Both the position numbers and the translations under genes were made by a program. The notes below the pieces were generated by a model. The model did no database searches. It saw only the letters and a list, made by a program, of their open reading frames with translations, and was not told the DNA's origin. Below, piece by piece: positions 23,364-37,700 of a stretch of 64,000 nucleotides of DNA. This DNA comes from Adineta vaga (Eukaryota > Animalia > Rotifera), in the NCBI GenBank assembly GCA_021613535.1, contig CP075494.1, positions 16,368,001 to 16,432,000 of the forward strand, written 5' to 3'. The first letter of the stretch is position 1. Each line of letters opens with the position of its first letter.

Positions 23364-25686
23364 TTATTGATGTTCGAAAAGTTTCTGAGCAGTTCTTTTA
23401 TGGATAGTTAGCGCACAGTTCCTTACAAATGTGACGAATGAAGCTATGGAGCATTTTAAATCAATATTATACTCACTCCATATGAATGATGAACTGAGAC
23501 TACTAAATCGGAATGTGCCACTCTTGAGATGCTGCAATCCATTAATTGTAGAAACCAGATCGTGCGCTCGATCGACGGGCATGTCGATATGTTCAACATA
23601 GGCAAACAATTGATAAAAAAGTTCAAAATGACGACACAGCATGGAGTTTGACAGAAAACCATTTCCACATTGGAAATTTTGACCACCGTTCCATGATGTT
23701 ATTGTCAGTGTCTTTATCTGATTGAATGAATGGTTATCCATAGTTAGTTTTTCCAGTTTCACAATGTGTGAGACGGTAAGATGAGTTACACTGGGTACAA
23801 TGTTCAGCAGTGCATAGAGGACATTCATCGAAACGATTGCATGACCGAGATCTAAGCGTTGAATGGATCTGAGAGTCAATAAAGTTTGAATTTTTGAAAT
23901 CTTTTCATATTCTGTGACGGTATGACGATAGTTACCTCCATGTAGTTCTAACGTTTGGACATTAACCAAATTGTATGATCGTAAACGATTGTCTTCCATT
24001 GAGAAATTCATTTTTTTATCTGTTGTAATATTATCTGCTGTATAATTCCATTCTCCTTTTAAACTTTGATTGTCATTGCAATCTAACACTTCAAAATTCA
24101 ATATTAGATGTTTAATATAATATCCGAAATCAAATGAAGATGGAGCTGTTGTCAACATTGGTTTGAATGGATGAATGTAAAGCCATTTTTTAGGTGTATA
24201 TAGTGGTATTGTTGAAAGGATGTTAACCGATTCTAAATATGAATTTTATTCAATCAATTATCAGTAATAAAACTGTTCTTTGTTAAAATTAAACTGAAAA
24301 CATGATCAACTTTTTGTTATAGAAATAAAGTACTGATATAGCTGGGAGTTAGCTAATGCGTCAATGATCAAAATTGATGTTATCACAAAAAATCTTAGAT
24401 TTGAATGAAATTTGCAAATTAAAAAAAACTGATCTATGTAATCTCAATGTTAACTCTTCGACTGTCACAAAAAGAATGGATGTATAAGTCAGTATGAATA
24501 CTAATGAAAGATGGAGAAACGACACCAATACATTTATAGTTACATTCAAATTCTTTGGATGAATAGACTTACCGTGGAAAGAGTATGGTACAGCTTTATT
24601 GAGAACAACAAACCATCGTTTATCTTCGAGCCAGAAGGCGCTGCGAAATGATTCGATAATATCATCGATCGAATCAGACGATGTGTGTATTTGGAATTTG
24701 AACTGAAAGTTAACGAGATTGGGCAGGTATTTCATGAGAAAATTTTCCCATCGATTTCCATCAGTCACTTTTTGACTGACATTCATAAGTTCAAGATTTA
24801 AATATTTCAATTGAGTCAGACAGGCCAAATGTTGTGTCAAATTGTTGAATGACAACTTACCTATAAGAAATTGATTATATGTCAAAATTCAGTCTTTTAA
24901 CACGAACTCTAGAAACATTTCGTGCAAATATATTTATTTCTCATTAACAGATGTTCATACCATCTTCTATGCAGACTTTGTAGCGACTTTAGTTTAACTT
25001 TTGTATTTTGAAATAAACTTACCATTCGAATTGACCAAAGTGAGCTTACTTAGATTCGTTGGCAATTGATTGAGTTCAGGCATTGTGTAACCAATGTCGA
25101 TAAAAAGACTTTGAAGTCGAGGAACAAGTGAAAACATTTGTTGTATGCTGTCATTTGCGCCTACATTTATTGCTAAATGACACAAGTGGTGAAGTGGTGT
25201 ATTTATGAAATTCAGCAATGGATGAGTATAGTCAAATGTGCTAGGCAGGCCAAAGAATGCCAATATTTGTGTGCCATATTTTATTTGGCCATCAAGAATC
25301 ACCATTGATTTTAGTTGATTCGCACATGGTAAACGAGTAAGAATCGATGAGAGAATGGCATGTTCGCCTTCAAGCAAAGTTAATGAACGAAGATTTTTCA
25401 TTTGTTCAATCTGGACAGATTTCAGAAATATTTCCATTTGTCCGCATGATCGAACAGAATCCGATAGCGTGAGTGAAAGTATTTGCTCAGGCCGTACCGT
25501 GCAACACAAATAATCAAGTGCGTATCTAGACACGAACCGCATGTCAAGCCGCACAGGATATTGTGCTAAGGCAATGTTGAATTGACGTGTAAGACCAGTA
25601 AATGCACAAAACACTTCATAGACTGATAGATTGTCAAAAACTTCATAAAGAATTTCGGTAGAGAGGGACTCCAAACACGAACTCAT
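23364..25686 (-). CDS. F-box-like/LRR protein (exons ~25686-25023, 24860-24573, 24232-23364)
   Basis: LESLSTEILYEVFDNL N-terminus; DGNRWENFL..YLPNL..FQF and FRSAFWLEDKRWFV family motifs; splice sites in compatible phase. Confidence 0.8.
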
Positions 25687-26385
25687 GGTTCCAGTTTAAC
25701 ACTACGACGATTAACTGAAATAAAAAGAGAAATCGATATTTATTTCCTTTTATCTATTATGGAAAAAAAGGATATAAAGGAAAGTCTCGTTATACATCAA
25801 CAATTTGATAGTATGTGAAAAGACAAAGGAAAATGTTACGCATAACAAATCAAGATAATTTAGAGTTTTTCTCCTGACAATTATAAAATGATACAATTGC
25901 TTTTCTCTATTTGTAAACTGGCTCCATCTTATTCGCGGATGTGTCATAAGTTCATCTTTCTAATTAAAGCGTTTTCCTTTTAATACCATAGATGTCTCTA
26001 CTGCATTTTACAAAAACTTTTACGCTGCGTAAATGAATGAAAAATTTAACTATATCTACGACGCTGGAAAGAACCAGAAGAAAGAAATAGAAATCTTTTA
26101 TTATATTAAAAGTATGTGCTATCGACATTTTTCGATAAATAAAGAAAACGATGATATGAAAGAAATCAGTAAATGATTGAGAAGACGTCTAACATATTCA
26201 TCTATACAAAATCTTACCTATAAAGAAAGAAAGAATCGTGGAAATAGACTTACAGAACAGGAACAAAATGACTAGAGGAGAAACGACCAAAGAAATGAAA
26301 GACTCATCCAGTAGTTAATATTATACGCGGATTTTAATAAATATATAGCACTATTTATTGGTTAATTGTATGACCAATACTAATC

Positions 26386-26446
26386 GGTGCGGGTGTGGGT
26401 GAGGGCAGTGGTATTCGAGGAGGGTGCAAACCGACACCCTCAAGAT
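26386..26446. repeat. Inverted telomere-like linker element (copy 7)
   Basis: ggtgcgggtgtgggtgaggg ... ccgacaccctcaagat. Confidence 0.85.
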
Positions 26447-27049
26447 TTTATTTATTTTTCTTTTAGGTTTAGTTAATATATATTTGCTTTTTGATTTCTC
26501 AATTTTATATGTAGAAATTTAATTGGCTTTTTTCTTTCGTTCAATCATTTGGTTTCATTCGGAAATTAGATCCGTGAGACAAAGAGACAGTTCTGTAATT
26601 TCATATTTCCACCATACTTCACTTTTTTCATTAATTTCTGTAATATCGGATTTGAATAAATTTTTGTTATGGATATACTTGTTATATTAATATCTGAAGT
26701 TTGATATTATTTTCTTATCTCCTTATCGGAAATTGACGAAGTTCAGTTTTAGATATTAGCAAAAAGAGTGCTGTTCAATGTTCGAAGTCGCGAAGTGGAG
26801 GAACTAAAATGTCTGTTCATGTATGAGATTTCATTGTATATAAATCGCATAATTATATGATAGTGAAAGAAAAGCAATATTTCTCATTGAAATGAATTGT
26901 TTTAAAGCAATGAAAATATTAAAGATAGAAAGAAAAACATTTTTCTCTTTTGTTTTGACGACTTTTATTCTATATCTATTAAATTAGTTACGAAATCAAT
27001 AAAATTTGAAAGGTATATAAATGAATGAATGAATGAGTTCTTCTGCATC

Positions 27050-28548
27050 TTATGTTGTGATTATCCGATTATAGTTACTTGAATATCTTTCACAGCTGGA
27101 AAATCTGTTTCATTTGTAGTGACATTGAGAAAATTAAATATGAATTGCAGAAACAGATATCCACCATTGAGTGGACTCCATGGACAACGATACCAGTATT
27201 GAAAACCGTCCGAATTTGAAGAATTTCCAATGGATGAAGATGGTAAGTCTATAAAATGACAATAAGAATATATTCATTATGTCAGATTATATAATGTATA
27301 AAACGAAGTATTTTATTCGATAAATTTAATTATACTAAAATAGTTCCTTCGATATAAAAGATTATTAGAAATACTTTTTTTGTGTCTTTATGGATTTTGT
27401 TTTCTATAGATATGAATCAACTTACCAGAAATTGGAGTCCAAGAATTCCAAGCACCATAATAACTCCCAAATTCAGAAATAGAATACTTTAAATTTTCAC
27501 CTCGATAAAATTGAAAAGAAATGCAAGAATAAACATATTCAGGAAGACCAGCGATCGCTAGTGTCGTCAGATCAATAATTTGTACCATTGACGCATTCTG
27601 ATTACTTGTAAAAGAAGAGGATTTTACTTGAATATTTCCGTATGTAATATTCCATCCGAATGTTCCCTGTTTTCCATCACCATTGACTTGAATTGTTTTA
27701 TTTTGAGAATATGTTCCATTTGGCAAAATAGTTTTGTAAATAATTAATGCTTGTGCAATCTGTTCATTAGTTATTGATGATCGATTGAGATTTGTTCGAT
27801 CTAATTGTATATTATAAACTGATGTTCGAGTAAAATCAGTTTCTTGTAATTGTGTATCCAAAAATTTCGCTCCATCGAGTATAGCACCAGAAAAATTTGC
27901 TCCAATCAATATTGAACCGGTAAAATCTGCATATGCTATATTTGAATTGACAAATGATGCATTTATTAATGAAGTATTTTTTAAAAGGAGTTTTGTCAAT
28001 TGTAGATCATTAAAATTTATGTTATTCAAATTAACTTCTTTTAAATGCATTTCGGATGAGTGTAGATATCCGGTACCAAATGGTCCTACACCACGTTTCA
28101 ACATGCCTGTGCTAAGTAGATATCGTATAGCGATTTTCGTTCTTCGCAGATCGAGCCGTTGAAAAACAGTTACAATCAATCCACGTATAATTCCATAATG
28201 AGCAGATGCTCCTTGATAAGGATTAGTAAGAACTTTTAAAATAATGTCGGAAATATCGGTTATAAATTGACTAAGAACAGTTTCATTTCCTAATTCTAAT
28301 GCTTGTCGTTCATCACTAAGACGTCGTTGTTGAGCAATTTCTAAATCGTTTTTTCGATTATCTTGATTGACATTTGTTGTATTACGCATGATAATAACAG
28401 TTAAAATACCAATTGTCAGCGGTACAAGACCAGCCAATACCATTTGTAAAGCATCTTTGAGAGTAAAATTTGTAAATCCATGCCTTTGTTTCCATTTTGT
28501 TAATTTAGCTTCATGAGTTTGAGTTGATTTTTCATTAACGTTTTCCAT
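27050..28548 (-). CDS. Membrane-anchored pentapeptide-repeat protein (exons 28548-27426, 27248-27050)
   Basis: N-terminal transmembrane segment; A(D/N)F/L pentapeptides (ADFTGSILIGANFSGAILDGAKF); ILPNGT motif; second exon open to TAA. Confidence 0.85.
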
Positions 28549-28867
28549 AATAAAATAAGTTTCGATGTTAATGATCCACGATCGTCAATATATGAAGAGA
28601 ATAGTAATAATTTCAATTTATAATACACTTCCTTTTTTTTTCTACCTGTGTGTATAATCTATTTAATATATGGGATGTTTTTCTCATCAATCTTGTGCTC
28701 ATTATCATATATGACATTTCAAAGTCGATTGATATATTTGATAATATACGAAATACCTTTCTATGGATAAAAACAACTACGACTTTATTGTGAAAGAATA
28801 ATAATTGAGATAATGAGAAATCTTTTTATATACTCGTTTCTTTGTATTTTAGATTTAGAATCTCAAA

Positions 28868-28930
28868 CCATCTTGAGGGTGTGGGTGTGGGTCAAGGTTT
28901 CTGTTCTTCACCTACATACCCTCAAAATGG
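28868..28930. repeat. Inverted telomere-like linker element (copy 8, most complete, both caps)
   Basis: ccatcttgagggtgtgggtgtggg-tcaaggtttctgttctt-cacctacataccctcaaaatgg. Confidence 0.95.
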
Positions 28931-30951
28931 ACACGTGTTCAAAACGCGGAATATGTGACACTACTCATTCTGACTGAAAAGCTTTTCTTCGTTTTCTCCA
29001 AATGACGAGTTGTTTTACGTTACAACATTATCAAGGCTACGTAATCACTTGCTATATTTTTTCTATTCCCTGCTCAAATTCTTACGTGGAATTAATATTC
29101 AACCATATGAAATATTTATGATCAGAATATCGTAACCGAACGTGTATAAAACTAATTAATTGCTGTGAACAATTTGGGAAATCTACATTTCGTACTACTT
29201 TTCATTCCGAACATCGAAGAGTGAGAGTGTTCGGAGCGAACTTCATAAGAAAAAAGAGGAAATTCGAAAAGGGTAGTATAAAACGTAGTTAACCCAACAA
29301 TTTTACAAACATATTCTATCTCAAATACACTTGTTAAAGCAAATCCAAAAAGTTACAAAATATTCACAAGTATATCGACATCGTATTCTATGTTTTATTT
29401 TTTTCATCTGTACAATCTTTTTACCATGGTATTATGCCTGTTGTTTGGTTTTGTTCTTTTGTTTTCGTGATTGACTTTTGAGTTTTGTGAAAGTTTGACT
29501 TCAAGAGTCTCTTCTTTGTATTCTATATTAGATAAACAATATTTTGATTGCAACATTACTCTTCCTAATGACACGAAATATCTATACAAATAAATCAAGA
29601 GTGAATGAACAATATTTCAATAGATCATCGTATAACAGCATGTGATAATAAACTGCACTAATTTACAAAAGATTGCTTTTCTGATTTTAAACTTTTTGAT
29701 CTGGTCATCCTGACAACAGGCCTCACCGGAGTCATCCATATGCCGATTGGAACACTAACAGCTGTCATTCATATTTTAAGTAAAAACCGACGTTATAAAT
29801 TCGAGCAATACAGCAAGAACATTAAAAGGGGAGGCTGCTAATAAATCATATTACGGATACTGTGATACTACAACTGCCAGTTTATCACTCTCATGTGATT
29901 CCATCACTGACATAGTAATTGGCGTAGGTGTTTTAGTCTGTCGTGCTTCTATATTCAGATGTTGCAAGTCTGGACATTGGGAAGATGCCAAAGTTTGGGT
30001 CGAACATTAAACTTTACATTGGAGTTTTTCTTTTCTAATTGAATATGAAAATTTCCTTTATGCAACTCAATTTTTTCTTACAAATAAATCGAATATAAAT
30101 AAACGTACCCTACTTGTTTTCTGTTGGATGGGTCTTGAGTATGACCGCGAGTGTTGAGATGGAAGTGATCAAATCAGATACTCATATCTACTTATCACTA
30201 TGAGTCATTGAATATCTCTTCTTATATAATAACTCATGAAAATACTAGAAAGAGTCAGAAGAGAATACCTGCGTGAATTTCACCTAAGACACTTTGAATG
30301 TTCAGAACGAAACCGAAATGGGATTTTTTTAAGGTGGAGGTACAATGTTGGTGACAAATCCTAGTGAGATAAATACTATAGTAGAACTAAATCTCAAAGA
30401 ACAAACTTGGCAGTACTTCAATTTGAACAATATTCCTGCCTACATCTCTGATGGTTTTTCAGCATGCGAAACTTTTTAATATGAATAAAATTCTATAAGA
30501 GTCAATTCTCGTTTCTCAGCGATAGTGTCAGAAAACTCGGTTTCGAATGGAGGTGGTACTTTTAATTGACTTTGATAGTGTTTACAGCATAAAATACAGA
30601 ATGCAAAATGTTTTATCTATAACTCTAATTTTCAATGCAAAGTTCAAGTGCCATCCACTATCTCAGATCAATTACTTTCACTACTTTTCAAAGTATACAC
30701 ACAACACTCGAGTTCCCATCCGAGTTCTGCAAGTTGATAAAACAGAAAGAAAGAAAAAGAAATATTAGGTTGTTAGTATTCCTTATCTTCTTCTATGTGT
30801 AACGATTTCTGCTGATGATGGAAACACCACAAAAACAAACATACGTATGTGATATATAGTATTATAATAAATCTGTCTGTCAACGTATCCAGATAAGAAA
30901 TAAAAGGTATATATATATATATACGAGCGGGTCGAAATTATATTATAGAAG

Positions 30952-31449
30952 ATGTTGAAACACTCAGTTCTTTTCATTGTTCTACTTTGTCATAGTTTTA
31001 TCGTATCGATCGATAGTTGCAGTTGTGTAGCAGAAGTTCCATTAGAAAAACAATTCTTTGAAGCAACACACGTATTTATTGGTAAAGTTCTTCATATTGA
31101 ATTTGACAAGAAACAGTTCGAACATCAAGTGACCTTTAAAGTAGAAAAAATATTCAAAGGTCTAATACCTTCCGATCATCGTCTTATTGCAAGAACAGCT
31201 TTAAATTCAGCAGCTTGTGGTGTATCATTTCGTACTGATGAACAATGGCAAGTTTGGACATATGGTATACATGATAATCCGAGAGTAAGTTTGTGTAGTC
31301 CATCAACGAAACATGTCAATGAAAATATTGGCTTTTTAAATCGATATGCATCATCAGCATCTAACTGTCGACAAACGTTAACAATTCTTATTATTTCTAT
31401 TCTCGTTCTTTTCAACTATCATTTCTTTTTTGTTTCCTCTCACATATAA
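30952..31449 (+). CDS. TIMP/NTR-like secreted protein with hydrophobic C-terminal tail
   Basis: Signal peptide then CSC; HVFIGKV, FKVEKIFKG, SAACGVSF, VSLCS; intronless. Confidence 0.8.
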   Translation: MLKHSVLFIVLLCHSFIVSIDSCSCVAEVPLEKQFFEATHVFIGKVLHIEFDKKQFEHQVTFKVEKIFKGLIPSDHRLIARTALNSAACGVSFRTDEQWQVWTYGIHDNPRVSLCSPSTKHVNENIGFLNRYASSASNCRQTLTILIISILVLFNYHFFFVSSHI

Positions 31450-31770
31450 ATCGTGATTAGAAAGTACAAACCCTTCTAAAAAATTAACTTCATTGTAAAG
31501 CTTATCAAATCGTGTATCTTCGGTAGTATATTTTATATAAATAATATTATAATTAATATGGAAAAAGATGTGCTTTTCTTTAACTATCATTTTATTTCGT
31601 TTCTTTTTTTCATATTTATAATTAATATTTTTTTGCATATACTTCTGGTCACAATTGCTTGAGTCCATATTTTGAGTATATTGTCAATATAAAACGAGAA
31701 CTTTTATAAACCATAATGACATAGTTTGATAGTTCAACGAGTTTTCTATCACTCTCTATGTTTAGATTTT

Positions 31771-31818
31771 GTGGGAGGATGTGGATTGTAGTTGGTTCTT
31801 ACTGTATCTTCACCCTCA
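31771..31818. repeat. Degenerate telomere-like linker element (copy 9)
   Basis: gtgggaggatgtgg ... caccctca. Confidence 0.45.
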
Positions 31819-32299
31819 TTATCAGTAAATATATGAACACCATTTCCAATTTATTGAAGTTGTGCAATTGTATTTTGACAGTCCGGATTGTTAGTGTGAA
31901 TGAAACTGTTCAACCACACAAAAGGAATATCTTGTATTTATTCATCATCGATATGATTATGTTCATTTACTTGTTTCGAAATCACAGATGTCTGTTCCAT
32001 TGTGATAATATCGATTTAGAAGCAAGAGAGCACCGAAACTACCATGTTATTTTCTATCATATAGTCTTATAGATAAGATATACTTTTTACTCTTGTACAA
32101 TCATTTATATGCAAACATATTTTGTGAAAACGTCGGCAAAAGAAGAAAATTACGAAACATAATTTGCTTTTCATTACTTATAATACTCAAACATATTACG
32201 GTGCAACAGAAAACCATTGGATAGTAGAAAGCTTTGAGAGAATAATCGTAAGAGAGATTGTGTAAGTGTTGATGTCTTATTTTCAGCTTCATTCTCTTT

Positions 32300-32446
32300 A
32301 AATCGAAGGATGAGAAACTGGTAAACAAGTTTGTACCATATTTAATGCATCTGTGTAAAATTTAAGCGCTGCTCGGTAATTACCTACACGAAAATAAACA
32401 TCGGCTAAATGTTGTTTTGTAATTGCTGTTGATGGATGATTTTTTC
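32300..32446 (-). pseudogene. Single TPR repeat fragment, 5'-truncated at a linker element
   Basis: KNHPSTAITKQHLADVYFRVGNYRAALKFYTDALNMVQTCLPVSHPSI*. Confidence 0.8.
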
Positions 32447-32500
32447 GGGTGTGGGTGTGGGTTAATTGTATAACTTGACCGACACCCACACCCTCAAGAT
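32447..32500. repeat. Inverted telomere-like linker element (copy 10)
   Basis: gggtgtgggtgtggg-ttaattgtataacttga-ccgacacccacaccctcaagat. Confidence 0.95.
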
Positions 32501-32771
32501 TTGAGTTTTTTTTCTCAAGCAAAATCTCCAACTCACTCTACCGTTTTTATATTAGTCATGAAGATAACTACTTCTGGTAATCGAAATCGTTTTCATTTCA
32601 TTTCTTTCTTTTTTTCGGCAATCATTTTCGCACACTCAACATAATAAATCATGTTTTCTTCTTATTTTTTTCATATAATTATTGAGTAAGACGGTAATTA
32701 TACGTAAATTTCAGATTTTTCGATGTACTGATGATTTTCATAGCGTCGATAATCGAAAAAAGCAATAAACA

Positions 32772-34473
32772 ATGACAGAAAATCAGTGAGTGACATAAAT
32801 ATTTTCGAGAAATTCTGATATTTCTTTTGTTAAAATGTCACACAATTTGAAGATCTTACAAATGAAATAGTTTATGAGATATTTGAATGTCTCGATTATT
32901 ATCATGGTTACAGAGGATTTTTCAATCTCATAATGATCGATTTCGTTCTCTTCTGGTGAATTTGATTCTTCCAATTAAAATCAATCTCTCTGTCAGGTCT
33001 CAATCGATTTTCAAGCAATACAATCGTGATATAATCATGCCAAATACACATCGAATTCATACTTTAAGAATTGCAAATCACTTTATCTTCGATGATCAAA
33101 CACTTGCGTTATCTCAGAAAACATTTCTTCAAAAATTAATTCTCGAAAAAATCGAAACAGAATATCTAAAAAATGTTCTTGATCAATTAACTTCATTATT
33201 ACATTTGTCATCATTAACTATCACTACAATTGAAGCAGTTGATAAGAAAATTTCTATCTATCAAAAGATATTCAGTTTGCCTTCATTAAAATACTGTAAG
33301 GTATCAATGGGTATTTGGTATACTGAAGTTATGTCACCATGTACCATGAACAACTTCAGCCCAATTGAACATTTAATCATCAACGATGTAATAGAATGGC
33401 GCGAGCTGAATAGTTTTCTATCATATGTTCCTCATCTTCGTCGTTTGAAATTAAATCTAAGTCAAATTTATGACAAAGCAATAACAAATCAACGACATAA
33501 CATTCGAAATAATTTGACACATGTTTCTCTCGACTTAACTTCTAGTATGGATTTTATTGGATTAGAAGAATTTTTTAGCAATCATTTTCCATTTGTTCAA
33601 GTTTTACACATATTACTTTCACACATTAAATATATGTTAAAAGCTAACGAATATCAACGATTAGTCTCATCATATTTACCAAATTTAAGCATATTTGATG
33701 TTGTTTATCTAGCATCTCTTAGAAATGATGCAAAGAAAACTCAATTTGAGGAGCAAATGAATCAATTTCGATCTTCATTTTAGATCGATTGACAATGGTA
33801 TTTTAATTATCGAATGTGCATAGGAGAACAGAGTACGATTATTCTGGAATTCTATATTCAACAAATCCATATAGGTATTCATATCGTATAATATGTTTCC
33901 CAAATCTATTCTCTTGTCTTTAGAAGAAAAGATTATGAAGTATGTAATCAACTGAATCAAATTTTTTATGCAAATGATTCTCAAAATATTTTGAAATCCG
34001 TTAATCGTCTTTGGATCGAAAACGAAGTTGTGATTGAAAAATGTAATGTTTATTTTTCAAATGTAACAGAACTTACCTTAGAAAATGAATTTGTTTTAAC
34101 TACTTGTCAATCTTTTCCAATCAATTTAATTCATATTTTACCATTACAACGATTACAAACATTAAGAATCCAATGTAATCATTTATGTCTTTCAAAAATG
34201 ATTGAAATCTTATCTTATACAACAACTCTTCATACATTAGTTCTTCAAACAAATCCTTTTACAAAGAACAAAATATAACTATTGAACAAAATCAATTATT
34301 TCAATCATTTTCAACAACAAATTGCATAACAAATATTACTTGTCAATAAGAAGAATGTGCATTCGAAGACATTAAACTACTCATTTTGTTATTTCCTCTT
34401 TTACAACAACTTGCAATTCGAACACAATTGAAATATATGAAATCAATAATAGAATTCGTATCAAACAAAAAGA
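32772..34473 (+). pseudogene. F-box-like/LRR pseudogene, paralog of 43469-45398, 3'-truncated at a linker element
   Basis: FEDLTNEIVYEIFECLDY; frameshift near 32930; TAG at 33781 in place of the conserved Trp; further stops; ends abruptly at 34473. Confidence 0.8.
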
Positions 34474-34533
34474 AGGGTGTGGGTGCGTCTAAGAGTCTAT
34501 AGTAAATACTCTTACCACACCCACACCCTAAGG
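34474..34533. repeat. Inverted telomere-like linker element (copy 11)
   Basis: agggtgtgggtg ... ccacacccacaccctaagg. Confidence 0.9.
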
Positions 34534-34779
34534 TATCTGTCATTCAGAAAGACAGAGCAAACTTATTTATATTTAATAATGTCATAAATATTTGTATTTA
34601 AGCGCCATCTTCTTCATACAAACTTTATATTTTTGTCATTGCTATTTTGTTTCTTTCGTTTCTTCGATCAATCAGGTGAAGTGATTACACAACCGTCTCG
34701 AGGTAAAGCAAAAAAAGGAAGTAGCAATACATTCGACCAAAAACAAGTAAACATTAACGCATAACATATTAATATTCAA

Positions 34780-37700
34780 ATGATGTACACATTCACTACG
34801 TTACCCATCGAACTATTCTATCGAATTCTGGACCAACTGTCGGACTTTGATCTATTTTGTTCGACGCAAAATATCTGCCATCGACTCAATCAAATCCTCA
34901 ATACCTATGATCGATATCAGGTAAATCTATACTCTTATGTTATATGAATCACATCTTTATCCCCCCCCAAAAAGAAGTCCAAATAAAATCAGTCAATCAC
35001 AGTATTGAGTATTCAGACACGTATTTGATAACAAGAAAAGCCAATGGTAGGACTTGTTCTATTATAGCTATCAGAAAATTAAATTTTCTGACAAGTTTAA
35101 ATTTATTGCTAGATTGCTGTAAAAATCAAGTCAGATATTCATTTCCAAGATGAAACTATGTATTAGAAGTTTTACCATGCACTTATATATCATATAGGAG
35201 TATATAGTAGGGAGGACATGTATAAATAAAATGATGAAAGAATTTACTCAAAAACTACAAGAGTACAGAACCTATATCTTAATAGCACTATATTTTGATG
35301 GGACATGCTCAAAACTCCCCACTGCCCTTCTGAAATAGTCAATGACGTTTATTTTCTACAAAATAAGATTCACTACCGTCTAATTTAAGCAGTGAACTAC
35401 TACCATAGTGACAGATTTTTGACACCGCCAGAGAGTGTTTGTGAAGTATCGAATCCTTTACTAAGGTACTTTCTTTTGAGATAAATGAAAGAACGTATGA
35501 ATCTTTGTACACCAAAATAATTGTACGTTTCGCTGCACTGTCAGAACATTAAGGTAGAACACAAAACTTTTACTCATTATCTTCGCATCCATAAACCCTT
35601 CAAAGATTTTTTAGTCCAAGGGTTTATGGAATCAAGGGTATATTAAAATAAATAGGGTTTATTATCATGAAAATGAGCGGCCAGAGGTTTTTGTTCGATG
35701 GATAAAATTGTCTTGATCTGGAGTTGTCCACATAGGGCTCTAGGACTTATGAACAATGGCATTTTATTCTACGGTTGTCCGTATATGATTTTGTTAGCTG
35801 CGGTCAAGGTACGGTAATCTACAATTCCAGCAAATGAACTTTAATTATCCAAAAAATTGTTTCCTATCTTTTTCTCAACAAAACAGTGCTTTGATGTTGT
35901 CGAAAATAAAAGATACACCTATGTACGTAGATAAGCTCTGGAACAAAGACTTGGTTGAACTAGAGATCTTTCACTCAATCAGTTAACTTCTTCGTACACA
36001 CATAGATTGACTACGTTCGAATGATATGGATCAAGACATGTCATAAACTTGTCAGCATACCATCGCTCAGCCGTATCTTTGATCATTCAAAACAACTTTC
36101 TCCATTTCGTCCAATAAAAACCTGCGAGCTTTTAAGGCAAAACAAGACAATTTTTACACGTTTACTGAGATGAGGCACTTTTTTCGTAGATATATATGGG
36201 TGTTAATCAGTGTTTCTTTATTTTTCGTTTATGGTAAAAAAGAACAGTTTTCTTCTCATTGTAAGATATCGATGCCCACTTCGATCGTATACTTAATCCG
36301 TTCCTGTAAGAAACAATTTTGTCTTTCTTCAGTTCGCAAACCGATATACTTATTTTAGATTAGTTCGAATATATTATGGTATTTCAACTCTTTATTCCAG
36401 ACATGAATGAAAATGAAATCTTATTTTACTTTAATAGAGTTATGAGACATGAAATCCTTTTCCATTTGGACAGAGTACAGATGACAGCATACTTCTGTTT
36501 GCTTGTGACACAGAAGTATATTCCTATTTTTCTTTTAGTTGAATTCTATAAAAAAATAATCAAAGTCTCTCATTAACTTGAAATACATGTGAGTGGTAGT
36601 GTGACGGCACGGATGTGCTTAACAATATAAGTGAATGCGGGTATGTATACCTGCAGAATTAAATATCACCAGAAACTCTTGTGCGAGAGGGAACAAACGA
36701 AAAACTTGACAGAAACCACCGGAAACCTTTGGATCTGTTCAGCTTGATGCTTGTTCAATTTTTATAAAACACTTTCCTTCCGTTTTTAGACGGATTTTGG
36801 AAAGGGTTCTTGATCATTTCAAAAAACGGTTAAAAAGCCTGTATTATCTGTTGCACTTCCAAAAAGCCTGTATTATCTGTTGCACTTCCAAAAAGCCTGT
36901 ATTATCTGTTGCACTTCCAAAAAGCCTTTAATGGTTTTGATATTATGCCTTTATTTTTACAGTGTAAGCCCTTAGTATCGAGCCTTCACCAACGAAATAA
37001 ATTTCTTTGTTCTCAGAGATGTCCACCGCGGTTTTGAATGTGCCGACACAGCGCCTCGAGCGCTATACTAAAAAAAACACCTACCGCTGCTGTGGACATA
37101 CCTGTTTGTTCTCTAACAACTCTACTTTTTAATGCTCAGTTCTCTAAAACACTTAAATCTGCTACTAGCAAACAACTAAATAAACAACTGACTTCTTTCG
37201 ATATCCTGATATCTATTACGAAACTTCTCCCAAATAAAAAACGTGCGATCTTAGGCACAGTTTAAGATATTACTTTGCTAAAATATATAGAGTCATAAAT
37301 TCCCTTCCTTACTAACACTCAGACGACCGAAACAGCTTATTTTCTCTGTTTTAATGTATACGTCAACTATGGAAAAAAGGATCAGCATACCACTTATAAT
37401 CAACACCTAAGACAATTCCCACAAACAACCGCTCCTTTAAACTGAGATATGCTACAACACGGAGTCAACTTTATACATAACTTCTACAGTAGTGTCAAAC
37501 TCGAAAGTTGAATTCAACTATCCTTTCGAGTATTCAACTGTTCAACTTTCGAGTTGTACATTTATGAACTTCTATTGATTGATCTTCGCTGAAACTGAAA
37601 GCTTTAAAACTTTAAAATACCTTAACAAACCTCTTTTCCCCTAAAACATTACTACGAAACTCAGCCATGAAACATACTAAAATTCCCAATATTGTACTTC

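Noticed and set aside
30121-30200. Possible highly degenerate linker (tcttgagtatg...catatctac)
   Set aside because: The arms are too diverged to count.
32298-32531. ORF with GVGVG/THTHT as a real protein (likewise 34343, 45986, 57038, 60518)
   Set aside because: These motifs are translations of the telomere-like arms; only the TPR part is gene-derived.
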